64,000 nucleotides of DNA, from contig JBDTSL010000003.1 of the NCBI GenBank assembly GCA_039931165.1, forward strand, positions 10,349-74,348. The letters are read 5' to 3'. This DNA is from Candidatus Doudnabacteria bacterium. GTDB taxonomy: Bacteria; Patescibacteriota; Doudnabacteria; UBA920; O2-02-FULL-48-8. The stretch's first letter is position 1. Every line of letters begins with the position of its first letter. Below, piece after piece: positions 17,274-27,469 of this stretch. A program made the translations under genes and the position numbers. The notes below the pieces were generated by a model that saw nothing but the letters and a program-made list of their open reading frames with translations, searched no databases and was not told the origin of the DNA.

Positions 17274-17603
17274 ATGAGTCTGGTTTTCCGGAATATTCTG
17301 AAAACAAAGGGAGAAGGAAAGCCGCCTCTGCCGGCGCCGGGCTGGATCAAGAAACTTTTTCTTGACGATATGGCGTATGTGATCGGGGTCCTCTCCGCAG
17401 TTTTTAATATTCCCCAGTTGGTTGAGATCTGGGTAAATAAAAACGCCACCGGCGTATCATCATTGTCATGGACCGGATTTAGTTTGGTTTCGGTTTTCTG
17501 GCTTTATTATTCCATCGTCCATAAAGAAAAAGCCCTGATCCTGACTTTTTCCTTGACCCTGATCTTGCAGGCAGCCATCGCCTTGGGGAGTTTTATTTAT
17601 TGA
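17274..17603 (+). CDS. PQ-loop / SemiSWEET-like small transporter
   Basis: 'FNIPQLVEIW' PQ motif and three TM helices. Possible shorter start at 'MAYVIG'. Confidence 0.65.
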   Translation: MSLVFRNILKTKGEGKPPLPAPGWIKKLFLDDMAYVIGVLSAVFNIPQLVEIWVNKNATGVSSLSWTGFSLVSVFWLYYSIVHKEKALILTFSLTLILQAAIALGSFIY

Positions 17604-17800
17604 AATACCAATCCTCGCTTGCGGTGACGATGCCGAAGTCAATCATGATTCATCTGAAGTGGAAAGAGCATCAGAAAGTAGTGGTAAAAAAAATCCGTGG
17701 AGGGGTGCAGGTTAAGTATTGGAAGAAAAAACACTAGCCTAAGCTCGTGTTTTTTGTTATGATTATAATATTAAGGGTCAGCTGTCTGAAATAAAAATCC

Positions 17801-18223
17801 ATGCTAATAAAATTTTTCGACAAACTTGAGGATAAGGTGCGACGACGGCTAAGCCATTACCCGATTTGGTACGGCATTGCCGGCGGCATCGGCGTAGTGC
17901 TGTTTTGGCGCGGTGTCTGGCATACCACCGACTATATTATGCTCAGATTCGTTTACGCGAGGTTTTACGACTCCAGCACCAACCTTTCGGAATTGATATG
18001 GTGGGATGGGCCGCTTTCAATAGTATTGGGGTCGGGATTGCTGTTGATGATCGGTTTGTTTGTCTCCAACTTTGTCGGCAACGAAATAATAATCTCCGGC
18101 CTTAAAGGCGAACAAAAACTTTCGGAAAAAACCGTAAAGCAGCTTAAATCTGAAAGTGAGGCGACCAGAGAAATGAGAAGGGATATCAAGAAAATATCAG
18201 CCAAGCTCGACAGCCTAAAATAA
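17801..18223 (+). CDS. Hypothetical membrane protein with C-terminal coiled-coil
   Basis: ORF of 140 aa with two TM segments and a charged C-terminus. Confidence 0.45.
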   Translation: MLIKFFDKLEDKVRRRLSHYPIWYGIAGGIGVVLFWRGVWHTTDYIMLRFVYARFYDSSTNLSELIWWDGPLSIVLGSGLLLMIGLFVSNFVGNEIIISGLKGEQKLSEKTVKQLKSESEATREMRRDIKKISAKLDSLK

Positions 18224-18260
18224 GGCGCGCGTTTATGGGAACGGTAAGTATTATAAATAC

Positions 18261-18692
18261 ATGAACATGTTTAAAAAAGTTAAAGCGAATAGTGTTGGAA
18301 GCTACCTTAAGGCCGTACCAAAGGACCGCCAGGAAGCTGTTCTTTTCCTGCATAATTTTATAAAAAAGACTGTACCGAAACTCAAACCGCACTTTGCCTA
18401 CAATATGCTTGGCTACGGATCGTTTAAGGTCCGCAACTACAAAAAGAACTTGGTTGATTGGCCCACTATCGCTTTGGCCAACCAGAAAAATTATATCAGC
18501 CTGTATATTTGCGCTGTGGACCACGGCCAATATATCGCCGAAAAGAATAAAAAGGAATTAGGGAAGGTCAGTGTCGGCAAAAGTTGTATCCGTTTTAAAA
18601 AGGCAGAAGATCTGAATTTGCCGGGGTTACAAAAAGTCCTGCTGTTTGCCCAAAGATCACCGGGGCTTGCCGGCGTCGGAGCCAGAAAATGA
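18261..18692 (+). CDS. DUF1801 (YdhG-like) domain protein
   Basis: Resembles DUF1801: 'YLKAVPKDRQEAVLFLHNFIKKTVPKLKPHFAYNMLGYG'. Confidence 0.55.
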   Translation: MNMFKKVKANSVGSYLKAVPKDRQEAVLFLHNFIKKTVPKLKPHFAYNMLGYGSFKVRNYKKNLVDWPTIALANQKNYISLYICAVDHGQYIAEKNKKELGKVSVGKSCIRFKKAEDLNLPGLQKVLLFAQRSPGLAGVGARK

Positions 18693-19066
18693 ATTTTAAT
18701 AAGGCTCTCGCGGCCAACCGCAAAGCCAAGGCCCAATGGAAAGATCTAACCCCGCTCGCGCGGATGGACTTTGTGTATTGGATAGAGTCAGCCAAGAAGG
18801 GGGAAACACATGACCGCCGCATTACCAAAGCCTGCTCGATCCTGGCCGAGGGCAAGCGCCGGCCATGCTGCTATTCCATAGTGCCGATGAATCTTTATAA
18901 AAAACTTACAGCTACGCCTAAGGCTAAAGCTGCTTGGAAAAATCTTACGCCGATAGAACGTAGGGAATTTGTTTATAGGATAGATTCTGCTAAGGATTCG
19001 GAAGCCCGCGAGGTTCGGATTGAGAAAACCTGTACGATGCTTGCGGCAGGAAAGCGGCGGCCGTGA
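18689..19066 (+). CDS. YdeI/OmpD-associated (OmdA) family protein with two tandem copies of the domain
   Basis: Internal duplication: 'KAKAQWKDLTPLARMDFVYWIESAKKGETHDRRITKACSILAEGKRRP' and 'KAKAAWKNLTPIERREFVYRIDSAKDSEAREVRIEKTCTMLAAGKRRP'. Confidence 0.6.
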   Translation: MNFNKALAANRKAKAQWKDLTPLARMDFVYWIESAKKGETHDRRITKACSILAEGKRRPCCYSIVPMNLYKKLTATPKAKAAWKNLTPIERREFVYRIDSAKDSEAREVRIEKTCTMLAAGKRRP

Positions 19067-19075
19067 TCAGGATAC

Positions 19076-19951
19076 TTAGGGACCGGCAAGCGCCACGTCT
19101 ATTTTTGGACTTACCAGGCCGGCCAAATATTTGGTATCGTCAAAGGCCGAATACATATGCGGTTCGCCAAGCAGGACCACAACCAGCTGATGGCCGTTGT
19201 TATATTTTAGGACGGAAGCGAAATTATACATTGACTCGTTCAGGTAACCGGTTTTGGCCCCCAGCATCTGCAGGCCTTCGCTGTCCAGAAGTTTGTCTGA
19301 ATTTTTGATGGTCTGAGTATATTTTGAATTATTGGCTGCCACCAGAACGTAGCTGGTTTGCTGGGCGATAGTTCGCAAATATTGATTGGCAAAAGCGGCT
19401 GATACGATTTTCGCGTAGTCGGACGCCGTGATGACGTTGCGCGGATCCATGCCGGTCGGTTCGTTAAAATTGCTGTTGCTGGCGCCCAGAGATCTGGCCT
19501 TGGCGTTCATTTTTTTTGCGAACTGTTTGGGCGTGAGGCCGGTTGACCTGGCCAAAGCGTTGGCCGCGTTATTGGCCGAAGGCATAAGGGCGGCATGGAA
19601 CAAGCCGTCTACGGTAAATTTGACCCCTGGTACCGCCTTGACGCAGGAGCCGCCATGGCCGCAGCCGCCGGCAATCTGGTCCGCTTTTGTGATCGCGACA
19701 GATTTTGTAAGTTTGGTTTTGGCATCGAGCACCACCAACGCGGTGACAAGTTTGGTTAAAGACGCCGGAGTCCAGGCCAGATCGCTGTTTGCCGCGGCCA
19801 CGACTTGCTTGGTCTCGGCATCCATTATTACATAAGCCTTGGCGCTGACTTGGGCCGAGGCCAGTCCCGGTAAAAACGCGAATCCCGCGATTATGAGGCC
19901 GATGATTTTTTGTTTCAGAAGAAATTTTATCATGAATTTAGTATAACACAA
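19076..19951 (-). CDS. Serine-type D-Ala-D-Ala carboxypeptidase / penicillin-binding protein (S11-like)
   Basis: SxxK 'ASLTK', SxN 'PSANN', KTG 'AKTGY' and a signal peptide. Confidence 0.75.
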   Translation of the reverse strand: MCYTKFMIKFLLKQKIIGLIIAGFAFLPGLASAQVSAKAYVIMDAETKQVVAAANSDLAWTPASLTKLVTALVVLDAKTKLTKSVAITKADQIAGGCGHGGSCVKAVPGVKFTVDGLFHAALMPSANNAANALARSTGLTPKQFAKKMNAKARSLGASNSNFNEPTGMDPRNVITASDYAKIVSAAFANQYLRTIAQQTSYVLVAANNSKYTQTIKNSDKLLDSEGLQMLGAKTGYLNESMYNFASVLKYNNGHQLVVVLLGEPHMYSAFDDTKYLAGLVSPKIDVALAGP

Positions 19952-19967
19952 TAACTATTTCGCCCTT

Positions 19968-21716
19968 TTACCAGCCACCCCCGCCACCGCCACCCCCGCC
20001 ACCGCCGGAGAAACCTCCACCGGAAAATCCGGAGCTTGAGCCGGGAGGAGTGGAACTGGACGCCACAACGCCGGTAAAAGAATGGCCTAAGGACGAGGCG
20101 AAGTCATCCGGAGCAAAGTGCGCGAACGAACCATAGTACCAGACAGGGGAGTAAACAACGCCCTGTTTTTCCAGCTTCGCAAAGACATCGGCAAATTGCT
20201 GGGCCCATTCGTGTTCCACTCCCAAAGCCAGAGCATAGGGCAGCATCCGCTCGAACAGTTCAGGCGTCTTGTCCGGCGGGTTATGAAAAGCCAGCCGGTC
20301 TTTCTCTGTCACCGACAAAAACAGTTTAAAGCCTTCAATTTCATCGGTGAGCCGGCGTCCTTCCTCCGTATAAGCCCGGAGCAGCCTGGCAAAAATAATA
20401 TTGAGCGACAAGAATGCCAGAACCAGAACCGGCAAAAAAAGCATCTGAAGAGCCGAGCCGACGGAGTATCGCGTAATTACAGAAGCGGAAATTACACCGA
20501 CCACAGTGACTATGGACAGAAAAATACCCAAGGCCAAAGCAAGGACGTTTTTCGAAAAATATTTTTTGCCCGCCTGCAGTGTAAGGTGGTTGGCGAAATC
20601 TTGTCGGACCTTGGAAATAACCGTGGCATTTTCTGTTTCCAGCTGGAAAATATTAACTAGCGCGAAAAATCCGTCCTCAAGCAATTTTTCTTCCTGGGGC
20701 AAGTTTGCCTGTTTTTCGGCTGTTTTGGTTAAAGTGTAGCTTGTTTTTCCGAGAAACCCCTTTTCTTCCGTGATCTTGAGCCGGCCTTTTACGCCCAAAT
20801 CTATGATAGCCGATGCAAAATTCCGGCTATCAGTTCCCATGCGCTGTATATACCTTAGAAATGCCGGCGAAAATCCCTGCGGCGGCTCGTATTGCGCAAT
20901 AATTGTGTTTTTTTTCGGATCGCGGCCGAATTTATTCCAAACAAAAAGAAAATAACCAAGAATGATGATAAATCCCAAAATCCCGATGATATAATCAAGG
21001 TTGGAGGAAATCGCATTCCGGAAATTTTCCGCTTTTGAGGGCGGGGTGACAATGCCTTTCGGCCAGCCGACCACGATGGTCAGGCCTTCGTATGAGCCCA
21101 AAGAAGCTGTAGAAGAGAATTCCGCACCGCCGTCTGTAATTTGCGCAGTGCCTTCTTGGGCAGTCGATCCTTGGGCTCCGGTATACAGCGCTGCTGTGAT
21201 CTGTTCTTTGGGCACCGGTTTGGGCAGCGTAACTTTAGCGGTAACTTTATCAATCGGAAAAACCCAGCCATTACCCGTGACGTTCCAATACAATTCATCG
21301 TGATCGCCAAAAAAACCCAATTGCCTGTCGGTCTTGTAGCTGATGGTATAATCATATTCTCCGGGGGGAATAGAGACATCTTGCGAGCCGATGTAGATGC
21401 GGATCCCGTTGCCGGCGCGCTGGGTATGATAAGGTTCCGGCGATCCATTTTTGCTGACGCCGAGCAGATGAAAACCCACCATATATCGGTGGCCCAAGCG
21501 GTCGCTGTAAGCGATGGGGAAGTCCCGGTATATCCCGTGCTGGATCTGATCGCCGCTGCTTATCACATGGATAGTTTCCGTCACCTCCATGGACGCGTCT
21601 TGGGATATTTTTATGGCGCTGTCAAAAGATACGATCCGTTCCTGGGTTTGGGCCAAAGCCAGCAAAGGGAGGGCCAGAATCCCCAAAAATATTGATATTC
21701 CCAAAATCTTTTTCAT
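19968..21716 (-). CDS. DUF2207 family membrane protein with C-terminal poly-Gly tail
   Basis: Signal peptide '[22 protein letters not shown]', '[12 protein letters not shown]', internal TM segments and the tail '[17 protein letters not shown]'. Confidence 0.65.
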   Translation of the reverse strand: MKKILGISIFLGILALPLLALAQTQERIVSFDSAIKISQDASMEVTETIHVISSGDQIQHGIYRDFPIAYSDRLGHRYMVGFHLLGVSKNGSPEPYHTQRAGNGIRIYIGSQDVSIPPGEYDYTISYKTDRQLGFFGDHDELYWNVTGNGWVFPIDKVTAKVTLPKPVPKEQITAALYTGAQGSTAQEGTAQITDGGAEFSSTASLGSYEGLTIVVGWPKGIVTPPSKAENFRNAISSNLDYIIGILGFIIILGYFLFVWNKFGRDPKKNTIIAQYEPPQGFSPAFLRYIQRMGTDSRNFASAIIDLGVKGRLKITEEKGFLGKTSYTLTKTAEKQANLPQEEKLLEDGFFALVNIFQLETENATVISKVRQDFANHLTLQAGKKYFSKNVLALALGIFLSIVTVVGVISASVITRYSVGSALQMLFLPVLVLAFLSLNIIFARLLRAYTEEGRRLTDEIEGFKLFLSVTEKDRLAFHNPPDKTPELFERMLPYALALGVEHEWAQQFADVFAKLEKQGVVYSPVWYYGSFAHFAPDDFASSLGHSFTGVVASSSTPPGSSSGFSGGGFSGGGGGGGGGGGW

Positions 21717-21948
21717 ACCCAGTATATCAACTTCGATAATGGTTTTTGAGTTCGCTTTTGCGAACCAGAAAAACTTTATCATTAATAGTATCTAAAATCA
21801 TTGATTTCAGTTTAATTATTCAAAAACCATTAAAAGCAAAAGCATCGAAGTTGTATTACTGGGATACCCGTATTATAGACTGCATATTGTTTTTTTGCTA
21901 TGATATATTCGTTATTATTAAAGCAATATTAAAGAAACAAATAAAAAT

Positions 21949-22260
21949 ATGCCCAATGCGGGTCAAAAAAATACCGGTATGGCGGTATTAGCCTATCTAT
22001 ATATTTTGGTCATTATTCCTCTGATCAGCGACGCCAAAAACGATCCTTTCGTGAAATTTCATGCCAAGCAGGGGCTGGTTCTTTTGATTTGCGAAATCGT
22101 TGCCTCTTTCATATGGACGTTCCATGTCATATGGATATTCGGTTCTTTATTACAACTTTTTTTTCTGATCTTGATAATTATGGGCATCATGAACGCGGTC
22201 AACGGGAAAACGCAAGAGCTTCCGGTCATCGGCCAGTTCGCCTCTAAATTCAATTTTTAA
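21949..22260 (+). CDS. Small membrane protein (DUF4870-like)
   Basis: 'NDPFVKFHAKQGLVLL' and two TM helices. Confidence 0.45.
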   Translation: MPNAGQKNTGMAVLAYLYILVIIPLISDAKNDPFVKFHAKQGLVLLICEIVASFIWTFHVIWIFGSLLQLFFLILIIMGIMNAVNGKTQELPVIGQFASKFNF

Positions 22261-22279
22261 TCCGAAGATTTAGAAAAAA

Positions 22280-22317
22280 ACACAAAAAAACCTCCGTTAA
22301 AACGGAAGGTTTTTTTA
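22280..22317. terminator. Bidirectional terminator between convergent genes
   Basis: AAAAAAACCTCCGTT-aaa-ACGGAAGGTTTTTTT (one bulge). Confidence 0.65.
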
Positions 22318-22328
22318 ATTTTTGACTA

Positions 22329-22577
22329 TTAGCGGCGCAGAGCTTTGACGATGGTGATAAGCACGACCGCGCCGATGAGCGCCACTATGAAACTGTAGAG
22401 ATTGAAACCGCTTATTCCGCCCTGACCTAAGAGGCTCATGATAAAGCCTCCGAGAAGTGCTCCGATAATGCCGACAACTATGTTGGCCAGCAAGCCCATT
22501 TGGGCATTCGTGCCCATGAACATCGAAGCCACCCATCCGACCAATGCGCCGAAAATGATCCAGAGAATTAATCCCAT
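22329..22577 (-). CDS. GlsB/YeaQ/YmgE family transglycosylase-associated membrane protein
   Basis: 'GLILWIIFGALVGWVASMFMG...IVVGIIGALLGGFI' is the typical family sequence. 82 aa. Confidence 0.8.
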   Translation of the reverse strand: MGLILWIIFGALVGWVASMFMGTNAQMGLLANIVVGIIGALLGGFIMSLLGQGGISGFNLYSFIVALIGAVVLITIVKALRR

Positions 22578-22601
22578 AGATTTTGGTTTTTAATAATAAC
22601 T

Positions 22602-22958
22602 TTACCTGTCCTGCCGGTCGAGTTTGGCCGCGGCCTCCGGAGTGGAGACCGTCTTGCCCATCACAAACAGCCGGATTATGCCCCAGGCCACCAGCCAATA
22701 GACCAGCATGGCCAGAAGTGTGGTCCATTCGAGGATGTTGCCTTCTACCTGAGATATTTTGAAGACACTCAGAAACGGCGCCGCGAAAGGAGCGGTAATG
22801 GCATAAATAAAGCTGCTGAAGCCGGCCTGCGGGTTGGCAGCCAGGAGTTTGAGCACGAAGCGGAAAAGCAGCAGCGCCTCGAGAATAGCCAGGATATACC
22901 AGACGACTTGCGTGCCCCGGTAAAGGGGTTTGGTTGAGGGAGAATTCGATGCTTCCAT
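22602..22958 (-). CDS. YggT/Ycf19 family membrane protein
   Basis: Two YGGT-type repeats: 'WYILAILEALLLFRFVLKLL' and 'YWLVAWGIIRLFV'. Confidence 0.55.
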   Translation of the reverse strand: MEASNSPSTKPLYRGTQVVWYILAILEALLLFRFVLKLLAANPQAGFSSFIYAITAPFAAPFLSVFKISQVEGNILEWTTLLAMLVYWLVAWGIIRLFVMGKTVSTPEAAAKLDRQDR

Positions 22959-23032
22959 ATAATTTATATTATAAATGGTGGATAAAATAAGTCAAGTTTA
23001 ACCGGTTTAGTATTGCTTTTCGGCCGGGTTTT

Positions 23033-23425
23033 TTGTATGATTTAATTATGCCAGAAATATTATCAAAGGAATCAAATACTGAACGACCGGAACAGCCAAT
23101 GGCAGATGGTGAGAAATTATTTGTTTTTTCCAAGGAATTTTCGGTCAAATATCCTGAAAAAGCCGGATTGTCGGCAATTATTTATGATTATAACTCAAGC
23201 GAACCGGATGAAGTAATATCAAGGTATGAACGAATAGTTAAATTTGCCAAGGGACATCCGGAATATCGTAATTATATTTTGTTCCATTTACTGATCGGGA
23301 GTGGGCTCAGTCGAGGACAAATCGTCAAAATGGAATTGGACACCGGGGATCATGCTATAGAGAATTTTATTCTTGGTTTAAAATCTTCCGTTTCGGAGAC
23401 CCTTCCCCCTGCTAAGGCGGCATGA
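23033..23425 (+). CDS. Hypothetical protein, tandem paralogue A
   Basis: Shares 'HPEYRNYILFHLLIGS' with 'HPDYEKYVLYHVLIGS' in the next gene. Confidence 0.45.
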   Translation: MYDLIMPEILSKESNTERPEQPMADGEKLFVFSKEFSVKYPEKAGLSAIIYDYNSSEPDEVISRYERIVKFAKGHPEYRNYILFHLLIGSGLSRGQIVKMELDTGDHAIENFILGLKSSVSETLPPAKAA

Positions 23426-23468
23426 CCGCGGGTATAGAGTATTTCCTAATCGTGATTTTTAATATGAT

Positions 23469-23849
23469 TTGATCATGTCAGAAAAATTATCAGATGACCC
23501 GGGTGAAGGCATGCGAAAAGAGTCCGCTCCAAATACTGACGCGCCCGAACTTGGTCCAAACGAACAAATTAAAGCTAAAGAAGCGCAAATAGCCGAACTG
23601 AAAGCAATTGTGCTGCGTTTTATTCTCCCGGAATCCGATGACGAATTAGAAAAAAATAATGATCAAATAATTAATTTCACTAAAAAGTTTCAGCACGAGC
23701 ACCCCGATTATGAAAAATATGTTCTATACCATGTATTGATCGGCAGCACTCCCAGAGCATCGGCAACATTTATGGACACCGATGATCTCGAACTAGAGAA
23801 TTATATCCGTTCTCTAATAACCTCCGGCCCTGACACCCCTCACCTCTAA
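23469..23849 (+). CDS. Hypothetical protein, tandem paralogue B
   Basis: See paralogue A: same domain and an acidic N-terminus. Confidence 0.45.
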   Translation: MIMSEKLSDDPGEGMRKESAPNTDAPELGPNEQIKAKEAQIAELKAIVLRFILPESDDELEKNNDQIINFTKKFQHEHPDYEKYVLYHVLIGSTPRASATFMDTDDLELENYIRSLITSGPDTPHL

Positions 23850-23892
23850 TTGCGCGTTATCCACTTTTCGAAGTAATTTTCTAGAGTAACAA

Positions 23893-23926
23893 GAAACCGC
23901 CCATAAAAATTGCGGGCGGGTTTTTT
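23893..23926. terminator. Terminator
   Basis: AAACCGCCC-ataaaaattgc-GGGCGGGTTTTTT. Confidence 0.65.
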
Positions 23927-23958
23927 AAAGACAGATTAAATCCTGTTTCGAAGAGAAT

Positions 23959-25086
23959 TTAAATTTCAGCGCCGATTGCCTGCGATATGTTGTGATAGCC
24001 GTCTTTGCGCATTAAATCCACCAGGCCGGCGTTTATGGACGAAACCGCCTGAGGCCCTTCGAAAATCAACCCTGTGATCATCTGAACCAATGTCGCGCCT
24101 TTTTTAATTTTCTTGTAGGCATCTTCAGCCGTAAAGATGCCGCCGCAGCCTATCATGATAAATTCTCGGCCGTATTTTTTGTAAATATGGCTAATGAGAT
24201 TGTCCGACAGTTTCTGAACTACTTTGCCGCTCATTCCGCCGACGTCCGGCACAAATGAATCCTTGATCATCGGATTTGAGCGGTTCTTGGCCAGGTTGGT
24301 GCAGATAAAACCGGTTATATCATATTTTTTTGATACTTCAACTATCCTGTCCACTGTTTCAAAAGTCAGTTCTGCCGGCATTTTAAGAAAAATCGGCTTG
24401 CCCGGATGCGGGTCTTGCGCCCGGATTGCTTTCAGCAGGCGGTCAAGTTTCTCCGGATCAGTGAACGGTTCGCCGCCGAAAGTATTGGGGCAGCTGATGT
24501 TAATGGTAAAGTAGTCTCCGACGCCAATCTTGCGAAATGTCGCATAGGCTTTTACATAATCTTGGATGCCTTCGGCTTCGGTCACCGTATCCTTGCTGTT
24601 GGTTTTGGCAATACTTATTCCGATAGGGAATTCGAATTTCAGCTTATTCATCCGTTCCGCTATGGCCTCACAGCCGTCGTTTTTCAGGCCATAATAAACC
24701 ACCAAGCTCTGAGAGTCTTTCAGCCGCCACAGGCGCTGGCCGGTATTTCCTTCGCATGGTTCGCCGGTAATTGATCCAACTTCCTCAAACCCAAATCCCA
24801 CCTCAGGCAGGATTCGGGTCAGCCGGGCGTTTTTGTCGAATCCCGCGGCCAGCCCGACCGGGTTTTTAAAATGAATTCCCGCCACAGACTGTTCGAGGCT
24901 TGGGTGGCTAAAGCCAAGCAGAGCCCTGGTCATTCCTCTTCCGGGTCCAAATTTCCCAAGAATGACGCCAATATTCGTCACCGAATCATGGACATACTCC
25001 GGGTCAAACTTGAAGAACAATTGTTTCAGAATATTTTTATATAAGAACCGTTCGATAGAATTGCGGATTTTTATTATTTTGTTCAT
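23959..25086 (-). CDS. pyrD: Dihydroorotate dehydrogenase (quinone-type, class 2)
   Basis: 'FKNPVGLAAGFDKNA...GFGFEEVGSIT', 'NISCPNT' and 'IGCGGIFTAEDAYKKIKKGATLVQ'. Confidence 0.85.
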   Translation of the reverse strand: MNKIIKIRNSIERFLYKNILKQLFFKFDPEYVHDSVTNIGVILGKFGPGRGMTRALLGFSHPSLEQSVAGIHFKNPVGLAAGFDKNARLTRILPEVGFGFEEVGSITGEPCEGNTGQRLWRLKDSQSLVVYYGLKNDGCEAIAERMNKLKFEFPIGISIAKTNSKDTVTEAEGIQDYVKAYATFRKIGVGDYFTINISCPNTFGGEPFTDPEKLDRLLKAIRAQDPHPGKPIFLKMPAELTFETVDRIVEVSKKYDITGFICTNLAKNRSNPMIKDSFVPDVGGMSGKVVQKLSDNLISHIYKKYGREFIMIGCGGIFTAEDAYKKIKKGATLVQMITGLIFEGPQAVSSINAGLVDLMRKDGYHNISQAIGAEI

Positions 25087-25294
25087 AGCTAAATTAAGAC
25101 ATATTTATATCAAATTGCAAGGCGCGGAAGAAATTGGGATAATTAAGTCTTGACTTAATAATTAAGCTGCTTTAATATCCGGAAGGGTTGCTGGAAGGCC
25201 CGATGAAGGGCATGGAAGGACAGCGATTCATGGCTAATGAAGAAAATTATCATCAAGGATTTGCAAGAAGCTTAAGGCAAAGAAAGGAAAATCT

Positions 25295-25783
25295 ATGTCA
25301 AAGAATAAAACCAAGATCACGGCCGAGCCGGGCAAACAAGAAACCATTATTGAACGGGAATTTGACGCGCCCCGGGACCTGGTATTTAAAGTAACAACAG
25401 ATCCGCAATATTTGCCTCAGTGGTGGGGGCCAAGAGAGCTGACTTTAGAAATTGATAAAGCCGAGATCAGAACCAATGGTTACTGGAGGTACGTTCACAC
25501 GGATAAGCTCGGCAATAAGTCTGGATTTCACGGTGTGTATCATGAAGTACTCGCGCCCGAAAGAGTGATTGGTACTTTTGAATGGGAAGGATTGCCGGAG
25601 AAAGGCCATGTAATTTTGGAAACCACAAAATTTCAGGAGCTGCCCGGCAACCGGACGAAAATGACGATCCAGCAGGTTTTCCAGTCCGTGGCGGACCGCG
25701 ATGGCATGCTTGCCAGCGGAATGGAAAAAGGCATGGATGAATCACACGAGCGCCTGGATGAACTTCTGGAAAAAAGTAAATAA
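25295..25783 (+). CDS. SRPBCC-superfamily (AHSA1/START-like) protein
   Basis: '[28 protein letters not shown]' is typical of AHSA1-type SRPBCC domains. Confidence 0.65.
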   Translation: MSKNKTKITAEPGKQETIIEREFDAPRDLVFKVTTDPQYLPQWWGPRELTLEIDKAEIRTNGYWRYVHTDKLGNKSGFHGVYHEVLAPERVIGTFEWEGLPEKGHVILETTKFQELPGNRTKMTIQQVFQSVADRDGMLASGMEKGMDESHERLDELLEKSK

Positions 25784-25791
25784 CAATATTG

Positions 25792-26247
25792 CTATTTCTT
25801 ATACCATCCCAGAATCCTGGCGATTATCCGCTCGATGGCGCTCAGCGCCAGAAATAAGGCGACGATCAGAGTTTGGGCCGGCCAAAAGATATAAAAATAA
25901 ACCAGGGCCGCGGCCAGCCAGACTCCGGTACAGGACGGGCAATAGATCAGAGTGCCAAAGAATCCGGTAAAGCCGGATTTTTTCGGTTTTTCTACGACCT
26001 TGCCGTGAACTTTCGTTTCATCCACAAAAGGTGTGCGCAACGGCTTGGTCACGGGTTCATTTGAAAGTATATTGGCGGCTCGGTAGGCGGCCAATCCGAG
26101 GATGAATAGTTTGAGAAAGCTGAGGTCGCTTAGCGCAGACACGCGGCTAGATCCAATAATTTTTGCGATCAAGACAGCATTGAGCGCCAGGAACACGATC
26201 ATGTCCAACGTCAGCCAGCCGAAGAATTTGTGAGTTCTTGCGCGCAT
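25792..26247 (-). CDS. Hypothetical membrane protein (possibly DUF1360)
   Basis: Four TM segments and a 'YCPSCTGVW' CxxC motif. Confidence 0.4.
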   Translation of the reverse strand: MRARTHKFFGWLTLDMIVFLALNAVLIAKIIGSSRVSALSDLSFLKLFILGLAAYRAANILSNEPVTKPLRTPFVDETKVHGKVVEKPKKSGFTGFFGTLIYCPSCTGVWLAAALVYFYIFWPAQTLIVALFLALSAIERIIARILGWYKK

Positions 26248-26321
26248 ATGTTTATCAATTAATTATAACATAAGATGAAGATGACAAGAGCTGGTGTTTT
26301 TTGTTAGTATGTTATTAGAAA

Positions 26322-26684
26322 GTGAGAAATAAAATGAGGAAAATTGCCGCCGATAAAAAGAAAAACGGTCTTGTAAAAACTTACTATAACAATGGCGTGC
26401 TGGCAAGCGAGACACATTTCAAAAACGGCAAAAAACATGGGCTTTGCAAGATTTATTTGCGCAACGGGCAGCTGCGGGCAGTGGGGAAATGCCTGGGCGG
26501 CGAAATGACCGGAGAGTGGAAGTGGTACCGCGAGAACGGCAAGCTGTGGCAAGTGGGAAGTTTTATAGGAAACATAAAAGACGGAAAATGGACAAGATAT
26601 AATCCGAACGGAACACTTTATGACGTCGGTTCGTTTTCGAAAGGCAAACTTATAAAAATGAAAAAAAATAACCTCAAACGTTGA
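26322..26684 (+). CDS. MORN-repeat / YwqK-family protein
   Basis: Repeated 'YYNNGVLASETHFKNGKKHG', 'YLRNGQLRAVG', 'WYRENGKLWQVG' and 'YNPNGTLYDVG'. Confidence 0.6.
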   Translation: MRNKMRKIAADKKKNGLVKTYYNNGVLASETHFKNGKKHGLCKIYLRNGQLRAVGKCLGGEMTGEWKWYRENGKLWQVGSFIGNIKDGKWTRYNPNGTLYDVGSFSKGKLIKMKKNNLKR

Positions 26685-26703
26685 GTACTTAATCAGAATA
26701 AAT

Positions 26704-27450
26704 ATGCCAATAGCCAATTTATACGCGATTTTAAGCGTCTTGGTAGTCAGCCTGATCTCTTTGGTCGGGGTATTTACGATCTCCATCCATTCCCGTTGGG
26801 GAGAAAAATTTTTGCACCTCATGGTCAGCTTCGCTGCTGGCGCGCTTCTGGGAGACGTATTTATTCACCTCTTACCGGAGCTTTCGGCAGGGGGCAAGCT
26901 TAACCTTCAGGTTTCTTTGATCATCCTGGCTTCAATAATCGCATTTTTTACCACCGAAAGATTTTTACACTGGCATCATCATCACCATGAAACCGCCGAA
27001 AATGAACAGCGCAATCATCCGGTGGTGCTTCTGAATCTCGTGGGGGACGGGATGCACAATATTATAGACGGGTTGATCATAGGCGGGGCGTACCTGATCG
27101 ATATTAAACTCGGGTTCGCCACTACCCTAGCCGTCATCCTCCATGAAATACCGCAGGAGATCGGTGATTTCGGGGTTTTAATTTACGGTGGGTTAAGCCG
27201 GAACAGGGCCTTGCTTTATAATTTCCTTTCAGCCATAACTTCCATAATCGGTGTAATTATCGCATTGACGGTGGGTAATGTGGAAAATTTCGCGTACATT
27301 CTCGTGGCGATCGGCATCGGATCGTTCATATATATCTCGGTCGCGGATCTGATACCGGAGATCCACAAATCAAAAACCAATATATTGCCCCAATCCCTAG
27401 CCATGTTGTTTGGGATCGGGATTATGTTTGCTCTTCTGCTGCTGGAGTAA
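26704..27450 (+). CDS. ZIP-family divalent metal transporter (ZupT-like)
   Basis: 'HWHHHHHE' His-rich loop and the 'HEIPQEIGDFGVLI' signature. Confidence 0.85.
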   Translation: MPIANLYAILSVLVVSLISLVGVFTISIHSRWGEKFLHLMVSFAAGALLGDVFIHLLPELSAGGKLNLQVSLIILASIIAFFTTERFLHWHHHHHETAENEQRNHPVVLLNLVGDGMHNIIDGLIIGGAYLIDIKLGFATTLAVILHEIPQEIGDFGVLIYGGLSRNRALLYNFLSAITSIIGVIIALTVGNVENFAYILVAIGIGSFIYISVADLIPEIHKSKTNILPQSLAMLFGIGIMFALLLLE

Positions 27451-27469
27451 ATTAAGTATAATGTGAAGT

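Noticed and set aside
26304-26822. 172-aa minus-strand ORF overlapping the MORN-repeat gene and the ZIP start
   Set aside because: The plus-strand ORFs carry clear family signatures (MORN/YwqK repeats, ZIP His-rich loop). The minus-strand ORF has none.
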